Shown: positions 48,328 through 58,535, counted from the first letter of the stretch. The stretch is 64,000 nt of DNA from a virus (IMGVR_UViG_3300022217_000003:111780-175779); one strand, 5' to 3'. Notes: a model not told the origin generated them from the letters alone. Made by a program: numbers and translations.

Positions 48328-49428
48328 TTATTCTCCTATTTCCTCTTCATGTATTAATTCATACTGAGCTTCTTTTTTCATATCCTTATTATCATTTTTA
48401 GCCAATGCCATTTCTTCGCTTGGAGATAATGACTCTACAATTTCCCTTATTAAATCCTGTTTGGAATTTTCAAAATAAAAGTTAATATATTCTGAATATC
48501 TATCATCTAAATCAATCCCTTTTTTTTCTGCATATTCATCAAGTGTCAAATCTAGCTCTCTTATTTCAAAGAATTCATCTTCATCAAGTAATTCATTATA
48601 AGGAGCATCGCTCCACGGAACACTAAGAAGAGGAATAATATCCAATGTAGGATTTAATGAAGTAGAGGAAGTCATAACACTAGTTATTCCCACACTTCCA
48701 TCAGAAAGATCATAATAAATTTCCATATGTAACCCATTCCCATCTTTATACTGTAACAACTCTACACTTGCGGATAAATATAAATTCAATGCTTCATCAA
48801 TAATTCTCAACTCTTCTTCTTCTGATAGCTGTATATTATTTACACCTTCTTTTTTCATATCCTTATCAGAAGATGCCAATGTCTGTTCTTCCCCAGGGGT
48901 TCTTCCCACTGACTCTTCCTTCTTAGTAACACTATCTTCATCTTCTATCTCTGTGGAGGTTATATAGTCTGTTAAACCCTCATGAGTGAACGCATACTTG
49001 CGCCCTATTGAATCCAGGAAGTGTTCGGGTTCTATTAAGTCACCGTTCCTTATCTCTACCGGCACTGTGAATGCTCTCTTGTTTCCATCTATGTCTATAA
49101 CATCAACAGCGAACCTGGCTTCTCCGAAGTCTACCACATTGGCGTTCTTTTTATATGACCTTACATCCATATTCTCATATCTCATATTCAATACAGGTAT
49201 CTTCACCTTAATCAATTGTTTCTCTAAGAATGATGCAGCCTGAAACATTGATTGTGATCCATCCTTCTGTCTCAATGCCTGTATATCCCTTGATGCATCA
49301 CTGCCCATTTCATGTTGGATATCATACCTTTTATCCATTTCAGTTAGTAGTTTATACTGCTCTAACAAGTCCTGATTTGGTTCTGGCGTAAAGCTTATTT
49401 CATCTGACGCTTTCTTGTAATTCATCAT
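48328..49428 (-). CDS. acidic protein with K-x-A linkers
   Basis: YKKAS, LASSDKDMKKEG, LAKNDNKDMKKEA. Confidence 0.5.
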   Translation of the reverse strand: MMNYKKASDEISFTPEPNQDLLEQYKLLTEMDKRYDIQHEMGSDASRDIQALRQKDGSQSMFQAASFLEKQLIKVKIPVLNMRYENMDVRSYKKNANVVDFGEARFAVDVIDIDGNKRAFTVPVEIRNGDLIEPEHFLDSIGRKYAFTHEGLTDYITSTEIEDEDSVTKKEESVGRTPGEEQTLASSDKDMKKEGVNNIQLSEEEELRIIDEALNLYLSASVELLQYKDGNGLHMEIYYDLSDGSVGITSVMTSSTSLNPTLDIIPLLSVPWSDAPYNELLDEDEFFEIRELDLTLDEYAEKKGIDLDDRYSEYINFYFENSKQDLIREIVESLSPSEEMALAKNDNKDMKKEAQYELIHEEEIGE

Positions 49429-49580
49429 TATCTCCTCTTTCTTTATCTGCTTGAATATTCAATTCTTTTCCTGAACAATTTTCACATATTACATAGCCTT
49501 GGGAATGCATAAATAAACCCTTGCGGTCTTTATTACATATGATACATCTAACAAAGCTATCTTCGTGTAAGACAAACATA

Positions 49581-50159
49581 TTATTTATTGAACTTATAGA
49601 TCAGGAAATATTTAGCCGTCTCTATATTTTCATCTTCCTTTTCTAATACATATTTAATCTCTACTGCCTTCTCTAATCTCCAGCCCCTATAACACAATAG
49701 GAATTGATTAAATTGCTTGAGCCACCAAAACTTTGACATAGCAACTATCAAATATCCCTGGGGCTTTATTATTCTTTCAACTTCAAATATACTCCTATGG
49801 TTTTCACCATAGCCAAACCTATTGGCAGGAGTGAATATAAAATCAAATGTATTGTCATTGACTGGTATCTTATTAAGACTACATTGTATATCGGGAACGA
49901 GCTTAGTGCCGTCCTTTTCTTTAGTGGCATCGTCAATGCCCATATATTTAATCTTATTGTTATTGGGCAAGTGTTCTTTTACATATGATTGAGAACAGAA
50001 CAAATCACATACCTTTATATCTGCCGAATCCTCAGAGAAGTAAAACATATTCTTGATGGCTTCAAACAATTCTTCATACAACTTATTGCCTATATCTTCT
50101 TTATCACATTCGCCCATTTCTACAGTTTGTATTTCTATCTCTTCATTAAAGTTTTTCAT
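49581..50159 (-). CDS. class I SAM-dependent methyltransferase-like protein
   Basis: VCDLFC, YMGIDD, IPVNDNTFDFIF, EVERIIKPQGYLIV. Confidence 0.65.
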   Translation of the reverse strand: MKNFNEEIEIQTVEMGECDKEDIGNKLYEELFEAIKNMFYFSEDSADIKVCDLFCSQSYVKEHLPNNNKIKYMGIDDATKEKDGTKLVPDIQCSLNKIPVNDNTFDFIFTPANRFGYGENHRSIFEVERIIKPQGYLIVAMSKFWWLKQFNQFLLCYRGWRLEKAVEIKYVLEKEDENIETAKYFLIYKFNK

Positions 50160-50521
50160 TACATAGTTGACCTTTCTATTTGTACGTTATATGTATTGAT
50201 TGCATCCACTAATGCCATAGCTAATGGATCATTAATCCTATTGGAAAGTATCTCTATTTCATAGGCATATTCTTGTTGCAATATAGTATTAAACTCTTCC
50301 TCTTTATACAGGTTAACTAGGTCTGTATTCCCCTCCGCCCTATCAATTATTTCTTGCAAGAGGTTGGGGTTTTCAGTAAAGTATATATTCATCATCTTGT
50401 CTGCAAGCTTTCCTGATTCTTCTACTGGCAATTGGTTGAATAATTCATACGGAAACTGTATCATATTATACTCCTGGAGGTGTAGCAACTGGTGGAGTTG
50501 TTTCTTCTGGCTGACCCTCAA
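50159..50521 (-). CDS. hypothetical acidic helical protein
   Basis: ORF in operon; start likely at MIQFP. Confidence 0.4.
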   Translation of the reverse strand: MRVSQKKQLHQLLHLQEYNMIQFPYELFNQLPVEESGKLADKMMNIYFTENPNLLQEIIDRAEGNTDLVNLYKEEEFNTILQQEYAYEIEILSNRINDPLAMALVDAINTYNVQIERSTM

Positions 50522-52487
50522 TGGGTTCAGGGGCTTCTGTTATCTTCTTGGTCTCTGGTACTAATTCTTCTTCCTGCCGTTGCTCTTCTTGTTGCACCCT
50601 ATCAAACATTCTACTGGTCAAATCTTCTTTTAGCTGACCATCTCTTTCTAATTCATTGAGCTCTTCTACCAACTGATTGTATTCGGCATCTGTTATTTCA
50701 TTATTAGAAAACCTAGTCTGCAGTCCATATTCTATCTGTGCTTTAAAATCATTTACTATCTTTTCTACATCGCCTTCACTAGATAATATATAATCCGATG
50801 CTTCATTCCATACATCTGATTTCAATTGAGCTACATCACTAACTCTTTGGATCTCATCCCCACCTACACCGGGCACAACTCCTTGCATTGGTTCTTGTGT
50901 AGCTTGCTCTGGGTTATTAATATCTGTGGCAACAGGCGATTGCTCTGTTACCTCTTCAGCCGTTACCCTTTTACTTATCCGTGTTATATCAGGCGAGTCT
51001 ACATTTATAGCCTCTAATACAAAGTTGGGATCTTCCCCATATAATCCAAATATCTCCCTTATCACTTCTGTCAATTCGCCTAACTTTCCTTCTGATACAA
51101 TGTCTTGTACATTACGCTGTATATTACTTACGAATCTATCCACAATATCTTGTCCTGCCTCTATAGCACCGGTTATTATGGGCTTTATTTTTTTTACAAA
51201 TGTCTGGTAAACTTCCATAACCCATGGTCTTATCTGACTAACATCAAGAGCCTGCTTTAAAAAAAAATTCTTTTCGGCAATCAGCAAGTTCTTTAAAGCA
51301 GTAAGGTCCTCAACACTATCCTTATCTCCTTGGGCATGTGCCATCTTTATCTCTTTATTTTTATATTCTATCTCATCTTCTAACTCTTCTATCTCTTCAT
51401 TGAATGATATATCTTTCTTCATGTCTGATTGTATGCTTATATTGTCTGCCTTTTTTACTTGATTTGATTTTGCCCTATACATTTGTTCATAATCGGAACA
51501 AGAATTATCACTGATTACAATAATGTCTTTAGAACAAGTATCAATTTCTTCACTGTTATATAAACAATCAGGTGTATAACATTTTATAACTTCAGTAAAA
51601 CCCTCAGCTTCCTTACTAAACATTCTCACTAACTCCCTATTATGTATCCGGCAAGACCTTACTTTATAAGCCAATGCTTTCTTCTTCACTTGAAACTTAC
51701 CCTGCTCATCCTGCTCTACATCATACTCACTTATGTCACCTGCGTTTTGCATCTTGTATTCTTCCAATGCTTGTTGGGCTTCTTCTGGTGTGTTGTATGG
51801 TAAGCCACTTACTTCGGCCTTCTTCTTTATTTGCTTATCTTCTTCTTTTTCTTCAGCTTTATCTTTATCCGTATGTTTATATTTATCTTTCTTTTCATCT
51901 TTTTTGTCCTCTTCGTCATCGTCTTCGTCTTTTTTTTTAGAAGCCGTCATCATAGCAGTATCGCCCGCGCCTTCCATAGCCACCTCTGCCTGTTGCATCT
52001 GTGTCTGTAGATCTGTCATGCCTATTTCTATATTTTGTATCTGGGCAAGGAGGTCATTCATCTGATCTGATGGCGCACCCTCTCTTTTCATATCGGCGTA
52101 CCTACTCTTCAGAGAAGCGTGAGCCACTTTTAACTCATCTACCCTACCTTCGTAATCCCTATCGTCAACAAAGCTCATTTGGGTATCTTCCAATTCGGCT
52201 ATGACCGTATCTATATCCTCATCGGACAACCCCCTATCATAGGCTTCTGCCTGGATCTCTTTCCAATCAAAGTCATATTTATGCTCATTACTATTGGCAT
52301 CATACCTGAAGAACCTGTCTTCCGCCCACGACATTAATTCTATTTTGGGATCTGCATCATCTTCTACGCTTTTTAGTGCTTTCTCATTATCACTATTTAT
52401 CTTATCAACAATAGCATCTATCCTGTCACTTCTTTTATTAAACATGACCTTATTCTCCTCCTCGCTTAGATGAATATTTAAATTCAT
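50466..52487 (-). CDS. multi-domain acidic protein with K-x-A linkers
   Basis: MTASKK, IKKKA, VKKKA, FSKEA, VKKA, FLKQA; Cys-rich mini-domain. Confidence 0.55.
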   Translation of the reverse strand: MNLNIHLSEEENKVMFNKRSDRIDAIVDKINSDNEKALKSVEDDADPKIELMSWAEDRFFRYDANSNEHKYDFDWKEIQAEAYDRGLSDEDIDTVIAELEDTQMSFVDDRDYEGRVDELKVAHASLKSRYADMKREGAPSDQMNDLLAQIQNIEIGMTDLQTQMQQAEVAMEGAGDTAMMTASKKKDEDDDEEDKKDEKKDKYKHTDKDKAEEKEEDKQIKKKAEVSGLPYNTPEEAQQALEEYKMQNAGDISEYDVEQDEQGKFQVKKKALAYKVRSCRIHNRELVRMFSKEAEGFTEVIKCYTPDCLYNSEEIDTCSKDIIVISDNSCSDYEQMYRAKSNQVKKADNISIQSDMKKDISFNEEIEELEDEIEYKNKEIKMAHAQGDKDSVEDLTALKNLLIAEKNFFLKQALDVSQIRPWVMEVYQTFVKKIKPIITGAIEAGQDIVDRFVSNIQRNVQDIVSEGKLGELTEVIREIFGLYGEDPNFVLEAINVDSPDITRISKRVTAEEVTEQSPVATDINNPEQATQEPMQGVVPGVGGDEIQRVSDVAQLKSDVWNEASDYILSSEGDVEKIVNDFKAQIEYGLQTRFSNNEITDAEYNQLVEELNELERDGQLKEDLTSRMFDRVQQEEQRQEEELVPETKKITEAPEPIEGQPEETTPPVATPPGV

Positions 52488-53250
52488 ATGTATAATCTAA
52501 ATTATAGAGATGTTCAAATTCTTCTACTGTCAAAAACTCTTCTCTTAATAACTGTGTAGACCCACCCTGCTCTTCAAACTCATCGTTATCATCTAATATT
52601 TCTACTGTATATATATCTTGACCGACACCTCTATCAGATGCAAATTGATCTACGGATACTATTTTGCCTTTTGCGGTTCCCCATAAATCAGGGTCACTTC
52701 CCCTTTGATATGTAACTACGACAATATCACCTTCTTTTACATACGTAGGCTGTGGTCTGTAGTCTTCTTCTGCTTTCTTATCAAGGGAGGCTTCTATGAG
52801 ATCGTCTTCCTTTTCTTTATCAAGCATTTCTTTCTTTTTCTTTTTGGCTTCCTTGTCATCCTCGGCATCGAACTCTACTGTTTTATTATCTTTCTTTTCT
52901 GTATAGTATTTAGATTCCTTATTCAGCTTCGCCCTTCTTATGATATCGCCAATACCATTGGTCTCTTTCATAAGGAACTGTGATCCATCCTCTGCCTCTT
53001 CCAAATACCATATGTCGCCATCATTGATGTATTCACCTAATGAATAGTCTGCCTGGTATGCCCTCCGGCCAAGGTATCTAGAGTGCTTGAAGAACCCTAT
53101 CTCCTCAGCTTCCGCCATGGTCATCTTATGCTTCTTCTCCTCGGCCACCTTTGCTTTCTTCTTATCGTTTAACCTATCGGCCAATTCACTAAGGAAGGAT
53201 GGTATCTCGCTCCCAAGCCTTACGACTGATTTATCTGCTTTTGTTTTCAT
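52450..53250 (-). CDS. putative head-internal protein
   Basis: MKTKA, IIRRA, ASLDKKA; GDIWYLEE..DGSQFL motif; SH3/KOW-like C-domain. Confidence 0.5.
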   Translation of the reverse strand: MKTKADKSVVRLGSEIPSFLSELADRLNDKKKAKVAEEKKHKMTMAEAEEIGFFKHSRYLGRRAYQADYSLGEYINDGDIWYLEEAEDGSQFLMKETNGIGDIIRRAKLNKESKYYTEKKDNKTVEFDAEDDKEAKKKKKEMLDKEKEDDLIEASLDKKAEEDYRPQPTYVKEGDIVVVTYQRGSDPDLWGTAKGKIVSVDQFASDRGVGQDIYTVEILDDNDEFEEQGGSTQLLREEFLTVEEFEHLYNLDYTYEFKYSSKRGGE

Positions 53251-53782
53251 ATGCGGGTCTCCTTATTTTTGCGTCTTCTGATGTATCTACTTCGGGAGTA
53301 GACGTTGTCCTGTTATGGTCTGTCCCATACATGCCACCTGGCTTGTCCTGCCCTGGTTTATTCTTATTCATTGGATAGTTGTCGAAGTGGTCTTCTGGGC
53401 TGAAGTGCCCTTCGTCTGTATAATTGGGGTCAGGCTGCACTGCCTTCTTATTGAATGACACCACTGCGTTATTACAATTATGGCAGTATGCGTATACTAG
53501 CATGCCGTCTGTGTATCCTGTTATAGTCCCTGGGCTTACATCATCTTCGTATCCTGGCTTTACATCCTTCTTGCCCGGATAGCTCTTCTTGTCCTTATGC
53601 TCATATAAGAACTCCCAATCCTTAGTATCCTTCTTTGGGTCTAGTGTGGAGTCATAAGGGGTAGGCGTGCCATAGAAGCCTTCCTGGAAGTTCCTGTATT
53701 CCACTGAGGGCTCTGTCGCTACCTTGATGTTAATACTGTGATTACAGTACCTGCAGGCTATCTTTATAATATCTTTACTCAT
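53231..53782 (-). CDS. zinc-binding protein, first gene of the structural block
   Basis: MSKDIIKIA leader-like start, CRYC and CHNC. Confidence 0.5.
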   Translation of the reverse strand: MSKDIIKIACRYCNHSINIKVATEPSVEYRNFQEGFYGTPTPYDSTLDPKKDTKDWEFLYEHKDKKSYPGKKDVKPGYEDDVSPGTITGYTDGMLVYAYCHNCNNAVVSFNKKAVQPDPNYTDEGHFSPEDHFDNYPMNKNKPGQDKPGGMYGTDHNRTTSTPEVDTSEDAKIRRPAYENKSR

Positions 53783-53934
53783 GTCTTTTCACCTATTGCC
53801 CACTTTTGAACTTTTTAACATCTGTTTTGAGTAATTATATTATATTTTTATTTTAAAAATGTAACTATAGTGTATATTTTGGAGTTGCGTATGTGGGAAT
53901 TAGCCATTCCATCTTTCTGGCTTGTAAATATTGC

Positions 53935-54105
53935 TTAAACGTTATACCTCTCTATGGATACTTCTCTTCTTCTTTGCTCTTCCTGTTGCTCCTGTTCTCG
54001 TTCCGCTCTTTCAGGGTCTTTGTCATAATATTCCTGTTCTTCTCTTATTCTTCTTATGCAGGATGATGGCAATACACATCCTCTTGGAAATTCTGGTCTA
54101 CTCAT
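53935..54105 (-). CDS. small charged protein (56 aa; not in ORF track)
   Basis: MSRPEFPRGCVLPSSCIRRIREEQEYYDKDPERAEREQE...; start overlaps nadD stop. Confidence 0.4.
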   Translation of the reverse strand: MSRPEFPRGCVLPSSCIRRIREEQEYYDKDPERAEREQEQQEEQRRREVSIERYNV

Positions 54106-54665
54106 TATTTTTTATACACTCCCTTTTCCTTAATATATTCATACACACTTGGCAAAAGATGTTTCTTGTTGCTTTCTATGTCTTCTCTTATATCGCTTGA
54201 TGATATTTTGGGGTTGGACATTGGATTAACAACTACCATAGGAATTTCTTTTATAAGATTCTCCGCCTTATGCCAACGATGTAAATCCAATAATGAATCC
54301 CTACCTATTATTAAATAATTCAATTCTCTGCAGTTATCATTCCACGGCAAACTTTTCATCAGGTCATATATATATAATATTTCAGGGCGTTGAAACCTAT
54401 AATCAGATAGCATGATATTGGGATTAAGCAAACCCTCCCTAATCACCAATTCGCACATTTTATACGTGTGCCTAAACACCTCATCATTTATTTCTTTTTT
54501 AAAAGGGTGCTTATAATCTGGCATAACTATAACACTATCTACTAATTCTTCATATATACATGTTTCTGCTACATGCATATGCCCATTATGGAATGGATTA
54601 AATGCCCCTGGGTATATTCCTATTCTTTTCATACTATATCTTTCCTTGATATAACTACAGGCCAA
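54105..54665 (-). CDS. nadD: nicotinate-mononucleotide adenylyltransferase
   Basis: RIGIYPGAFNPFHNGH (HxGH), HPFKK, IIGRDSL..LHRWH, ISSSDIRE. Confidence 0.88.
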   Translation of the reverse strand: MACSYIKERYSMKRIGIYPGAFNPFHNGHMHVAETCIYEELVDSVIVMPDYKHPFKKEINDEVFRHTYKMCELVIREGLLNPNIMLSDYRFQRPEILYIYDLMKSLPWNDNCRELNYLIIGRDSLLDLHRWHKAENLIKEIPMVVVNPMSNPKISSSDIREDIESNKKHLLPSVYEYIKEKGVYKK

Positions 54666-55450
54666 TTACGCTTAAATCCAGTTGCGAGATGTCTTTTTAT
54701 AACAGGATGATTCTCCCATTTTTTCTGAAAAATCTTCCTGACCTGCGGTTGCTTATCCATACTTAAATATTCCTGTAATATCATATCTACTTCTTCATAA
54801 CTATCGGCTTTTATTTGATCTAAATCACTGTCGGTTATGCCCAATCCATCAGTTGGGGTTGCCTCCCTACACTTCCGCAAAGCATATTCGGTAGATGTAA
54901 GAGCATAGGCATCTTCTAATTCTTCTGATATTTGATAAACCTCTGTCTTCCATAACTTCTGTATAATACCAAGGTCAAAATGGTCTCCATGTATCGTCCA
55001 GAAGCCCTCTAACTCTTCTGTTAAATTATCCGTGCCCATAACTAATCCGCCATTCGCCTGAGCTAAATCATATAAATAAATCATACGGATGCGAGCTTTT
55101 ATATTCCCCTCTCTTACCTTCTTTTTAAAGGGATTTTTTTCTTTTTTGCAAATATGTTTCAATGCACGAAATTCTTTATTTAGATTTATCGACTTGAAAT
55201 CATCACAAAAAGAAAGTCCCACCATGATTGCTCGGCTCTTCTCATCTTTCTTATTCCCATAGATTTCAAGATACCTTCCAATAATAGGGATATCTAATTC
55301 CCTACACACGGGGTAAGCCAAGGCAGCGACTACTGCAGAATCAATCCCACCACTTATACCTATCACTATAGATTCAAGCTTATTATCTTTTAGGTATTTC
55401 TTTAATTTCCTTCTTATGTTTTTAATTGTTTCACTTGGATTATATAGCAT
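54629..55450 (-). CDS. nadE: NH3-dependent NAD+ synthetase
   Basis: IGISGGIDSAVV, GNIKARIRMIYLY, GTDNLTE, GFWTIHGD, KTEVY, PTDGL; no glutaminase domain. Confidence 0.92.
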   Translation of the reverse strand: MLYNPSETIKNIRRKLKKYLKDNKLESIVIGISGGIDSAVVAALAYPVCRELDIPIIGRYLEIYGNKKDEKSRAIMVGLSFCDDFKSINLNKEFRALKHICKKEKNPFKKKVREGNIKARIRMIYLYDLAQANGGLVMGTDNLTEELEGFWTIHGDHFDLGIIQKLWKTEVYQISEELEDAYALTSTEYALRKCREATPTDGLGITDSDLDQIKADSYEEVDMILQEYLSMDKQPQVRKIFQKKWENHPVIKRHLATGFKRNWPVVISRKDIV

Positions 55451-55986
55451 TAAATATTACCTTCTTCCCATCTTTTTGTTGCCTCAAATGCTGTGTTTAA
55501 TATCGCATATGACAACATCGAAAAAATAACATCCTCATATTTTAATAATTTTCCTACGTCACTTGGCGATACTTCTATAACTTCAATATTTTCACTATCT
55601 TCGGGATAAGCTTCTGCTTTTCCAATGATACCTACATAGGCAAGTGTCCCCATTTCCGAAGTTATTCCCGGAGATTTTGCTGTGCAGGCATTCATTGAAA
55701 CTATCTCGCCTATATAACCAGTCTCTTCTTTTAATTCCCTTAAAGCTGCTTGCTCTGTGGATTCTCCCTTGTCTACAATTCCTGCAGGAAACTCAATTGT
55801 ATAAGAACCAATAGGCTTTCTGAATTGCTTCACCATAATAACCTTGGGTTCCATCTCCACCTTCGTTATACCTGTCATGGCGACAACATGCACAACCTTA
55901 GCATCATCCTTCCGTTCAATAAACTCCCAACCATCTATTGAACAATAATTAGTAAACTTGCCTTCTTTTAATATTTTCTTTTTCAC
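55450..55986 (-). CDS. Nudix hydrolase, ADP-ribose pyrophosphatase type
   Basis: VKQFRKPI, EFPAGIVDKGESTEQAALRELKEETGY, SPG. Confidence 0.88.
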   Translation of the reverse strand: MKKKILKEGKFTNYCSIDGWEFIERKDDAKVVHVVAMTGITKVEMEPKVIMVKQFRKPIGSYTIEFPAGIVDKGESTEQAALRELKEETGYIGEIVSMNACTAKSPGITSEMGTLAYVGIIGKAEAYPEDSENIEVIEVSPSDVGKLLKYEDVIFSMLSYAILNTAFEATKRWEEGNI

Positions 55987-55995
55987 ACTTCCTCC

Positions 55996-57183
55996 TCATT
56001 TGATATTAAGAGTTTTCCGTATCTCTTTTACAATTCCCTCATCATAAAAGTCATCTGCCTTACCGGCCGAATCGGATATCTTTGCAACAGGTTTACCATT
56101 AAGCTCAATTAACTTGATAACAATCTGCAGTGGTTCTTGCACCAAATCATTTGTAAAATTAGTCCCTATTCCAAAAACCAGATTTATCCTCTTATTGAAT
56201 TCCTTATATATCTTTGATGCACTTTGAACATTTAACCCATCCGAGAAAACAAAGAGCTTTTCTTTGTAATCTATATTCAGTTTCTCATAATGCTTTATCA
56301 TTTTCTCCGCCCATTCAAGAGGATCTCCACTGTCGTGACGAACTCCTTCATAAGCAGTTGCGAGTTCTTTATCAAAGTCATTTAAGAAAGCATCAATTCC
56401 AAAGACATCAGTTAAAGCAATCTTTAAATAATCGGGATAGACCTCAAGCCATCTTTTAAGCATTTCTCTCTGTGCATTTTTTATATCATACAATGCTATT
56501 CCTGCCATCAACCACTCATGCGCCATCGTACCTATAGGCGGCAGACCATATTTTTTAGCCAACCATACATTTGAAGTCCCCTTTATATTGTTTGGTATTT
56601 CTTTAACAAATTGACTAACAACATACTCATGCCAATCTCGGCTACGTCTCCTGCGTGTTCCGAAATCAACAAACTTCAAATCATTTAACGATCCTCTTAT
56701 ATAATCAATCTTTTCCTTTAGCTTACTTTTCCCCACTTCTATTTCTTCTGCTATCAAAAATGGATTCTTTTCTGATTCTCTAAAATATACTTCATTAATT
56801 ATTGCAAGAAAAGGAACTTCTAATAAAATAGTTCTTTTCCACACTCCTTCAAAAGTAAATTTTAATTCATCAGATCCCTCATCCCAATTTATCTTATCTT
56901 CTCTTAAATGATCTACATTCATGTTGTTTACAAAATCAACATAATAATCCTTTTTAATATAGGGCAAGGATTCCAAATACTGGGTCTCTTTTAATTCAGT
57001 ACCTATATTATAACGGAACCAATTTACCTCATTGGTTATTCTTTGTTTAATTATTGGGGTGAATTCTTTATCATTCCTACACTTAAAAGCATACTTCGCC
57101 TTAACATCAGGAAACTTCTCAAATACAGCCTGACCCATAGTCCATTTATATAAATCATTCTGAAGTAAACTATTTATTATCAT
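55996..57183 (-). CDS. pncB: nicotinate phosphoribosyltransferase
   Basis: NDLYK, DFGTRRR, GTSNV, GTMAHEW, GVRHDSGDP, FSDGL, FGIGT, KISD..GK; GGAGG RBS before ATG at 57183. Confidence 0.93.
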   Translation of the reverse strand: MIINSLLQNDLYKWTMGQAVFEKFPDVKAKYAFKCRNDKEFTPIIKQRITNEVNWFRYNIGTELKETQYLESLPYIKKDYYVDFVNNMNVDHLREDKINWDEGSDELKFTFEGVWKRTILLEVPFLAIINEVYFRESEKNPFLIAEEIEVGKSKLKEKIDYIRGSLNDLKFVDFGTRRRRSRDWHEYVVSQFVKEIPNNIKGTSNVWLAKKYGLPPIGTMAHEWLMAGIALYDIKNAQREMLKRWLEVYPDYLKIALTDVFGIDAFLNDFDKELATAYEGVRHDSGDPLEWAEKMIKHYEKLNIDYKEKLFVFSDGLNVQSASKIYKEFNKRINLVFGIGTNFTNDLVQEPLQIVIKLIELNGKPVAKISDSAGKADDFYDEGIVKEIRKTLNIK

Positions 57184-57841
57184 ATCTTTTAATCCTCCAT
57201 TTCTTATGATGTTTTCTTTCCCCATTCAAAACCTTATGTAAATTGCTTGGAGTTAAATCATATTTCCGACAAAAATCAGCAAGACCACTCTCCGTTATAT
57301 ATTCTTTGCCACTAGGACTATGTAAAATATATTTTTTTATATTTATTTTCCCAATGGATGCTTTCTTCATCCTTGCCCTTGTATCTTTCGTTATTATTCT
57401 TTTCTTTCTGGCTATACTCAATTTCTTCTTATGCTCTGGGGAAAATTTGATACCCATTCTTAATTCGCTCATCTTTTTCTTCGTCTCTTCTGAATGACTA
57501 CCCCATATTACCCCCTTTTTATTTTTACTTATTTTGGCTTTAATTTCCTTTGAAAGCTTTACACCTTTTCTACTAGGGGGACAATAGCCACCCTTTGTTA
57601 TATTATATCCTACTCCTCTTTTTTGAGATTTCTTTTTTTTAATCCAAGCTATTTCTCTTTCATCTAACTCTTTTCTTGTGCTACAATGTTCCAATATTTC
57701 TTTTTTAAAATTTTTTTTCCCATACTTCTTGATAGCTTTTTTTATCAACTTCCCAGAGCCAAAATAATTAGGTTCATCATATGAATCCTGTCCGATATAA
57801 ATCTTGTTATTTATCAAATTGGTAATCATATATATGTTCAT
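57170..57841 (-). mobile_element. free-standing GIY-YIG homing endonuclease with NUMOD3 repeats
   Basis: MNIYMITNLINNKIYIGQ, YFGSG, GYNITKGG, HSEETKKKMS/SPEHKKKLS repeats; inserted between pncA and pncB. Confidence 0.88.
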
Positions 57842-57866
57842 ACAAAAGCCTTTCGTAACTAATGTA

Positions 57867-58535
57867 TTAATCATTATACTGAATCCCCCTGCTTTTTAAA
57901 TGCAATTTTACTTCTTCTAAATCCTTGGCGATAGATACATAATTACTTTCCATTTCCTTGATGGCCTCGACGAGTTTTTCGTCCGAAAGATGCCTGCAGG
58001 CTTCAAGGTTTACAATAACAGGTGTCGCACCCATTTTTCCAACAGCCTTGGCAAGTTGTATGGCAGTTGTAGCTACACAATATTCTCCAGACAATCCCGA
58101 AACAACAATAGCCTCTATTGAATTATCTCTGATATATTCAATAAGCCCAGTAGAAAGTTTCTCCTCAAGGTCATGATAGCAAGCCCCATAAGGATGAAGG
58201 TTATTTTCAACACCTTTGAATACAAAAAAATCATACTCAGTAACGTCAGGTAATCCATCTAAAAGCTCATTGCCCTTTGTTCCAATAACACAATGGCTAT
58301 TCCAATGAATATCTGCATTGGGTTCATTCTCTATTGGAGAAAACTGAGGCTTTTCTTCGGTTGCTTTCCATACAGGATTAACAGGGTGACAATCTTTTGT
58401 CCCAACCCTATAATCACATATTTTTGCCTGAGCGTTTAAAGCATCAACAATTTCGTCCCCCTCTGGAACTGGTAATTCATCCGAACATATCGGAGTAAAC
58501 CCCTTTTGTGCATCTACATCAATACTTAAAATCAT
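57867..58535 (-). CDS. pncA: nicotinamidase
   Basis: IDVDAQKGF, KDCH, HWNSHCVIGTKG, VFKG, GLSGEYCV (catalytic Cys); AGGAGG RBS. Confidence 0.9.
   Translation of the reverse strand: MILSIDVDAQKGFTPICSDELPVPEGDEIVDALNAQAKICDYRVGTKDCHPVNPVWKATEEKPQFSPIENEPNADIHWNSHCVIGTKGNELLDGLPDVTEYDFFVFKGVENNLHPYGACYHDLEEKLSTGLIEYIRDNSIEAIVVSGLSGEYCVATTAIQLAKAVGKMGATPVIVNLEACRHLSDEKLVEAIKEMESNYVSIAKDLEEVKLHLKSRGIQYND

Noticed and set aside
39237-53250. Diversity-generating retroelement or tape-measure explanation for the large ORFs and repeats
   Set aside because: No reverse transcriptase or TR/VR pair; the proteins are acidic mosaics with short linkers rather than the continuous Ala/Gly-rich helical pattern of tape measures
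57170-57874. GIY-YIG gene as part of a group I intron in pncA or pncB
   Set aside because: Both flanking genes are intact and there is no room for, or sign of, P/Q/R/S elements
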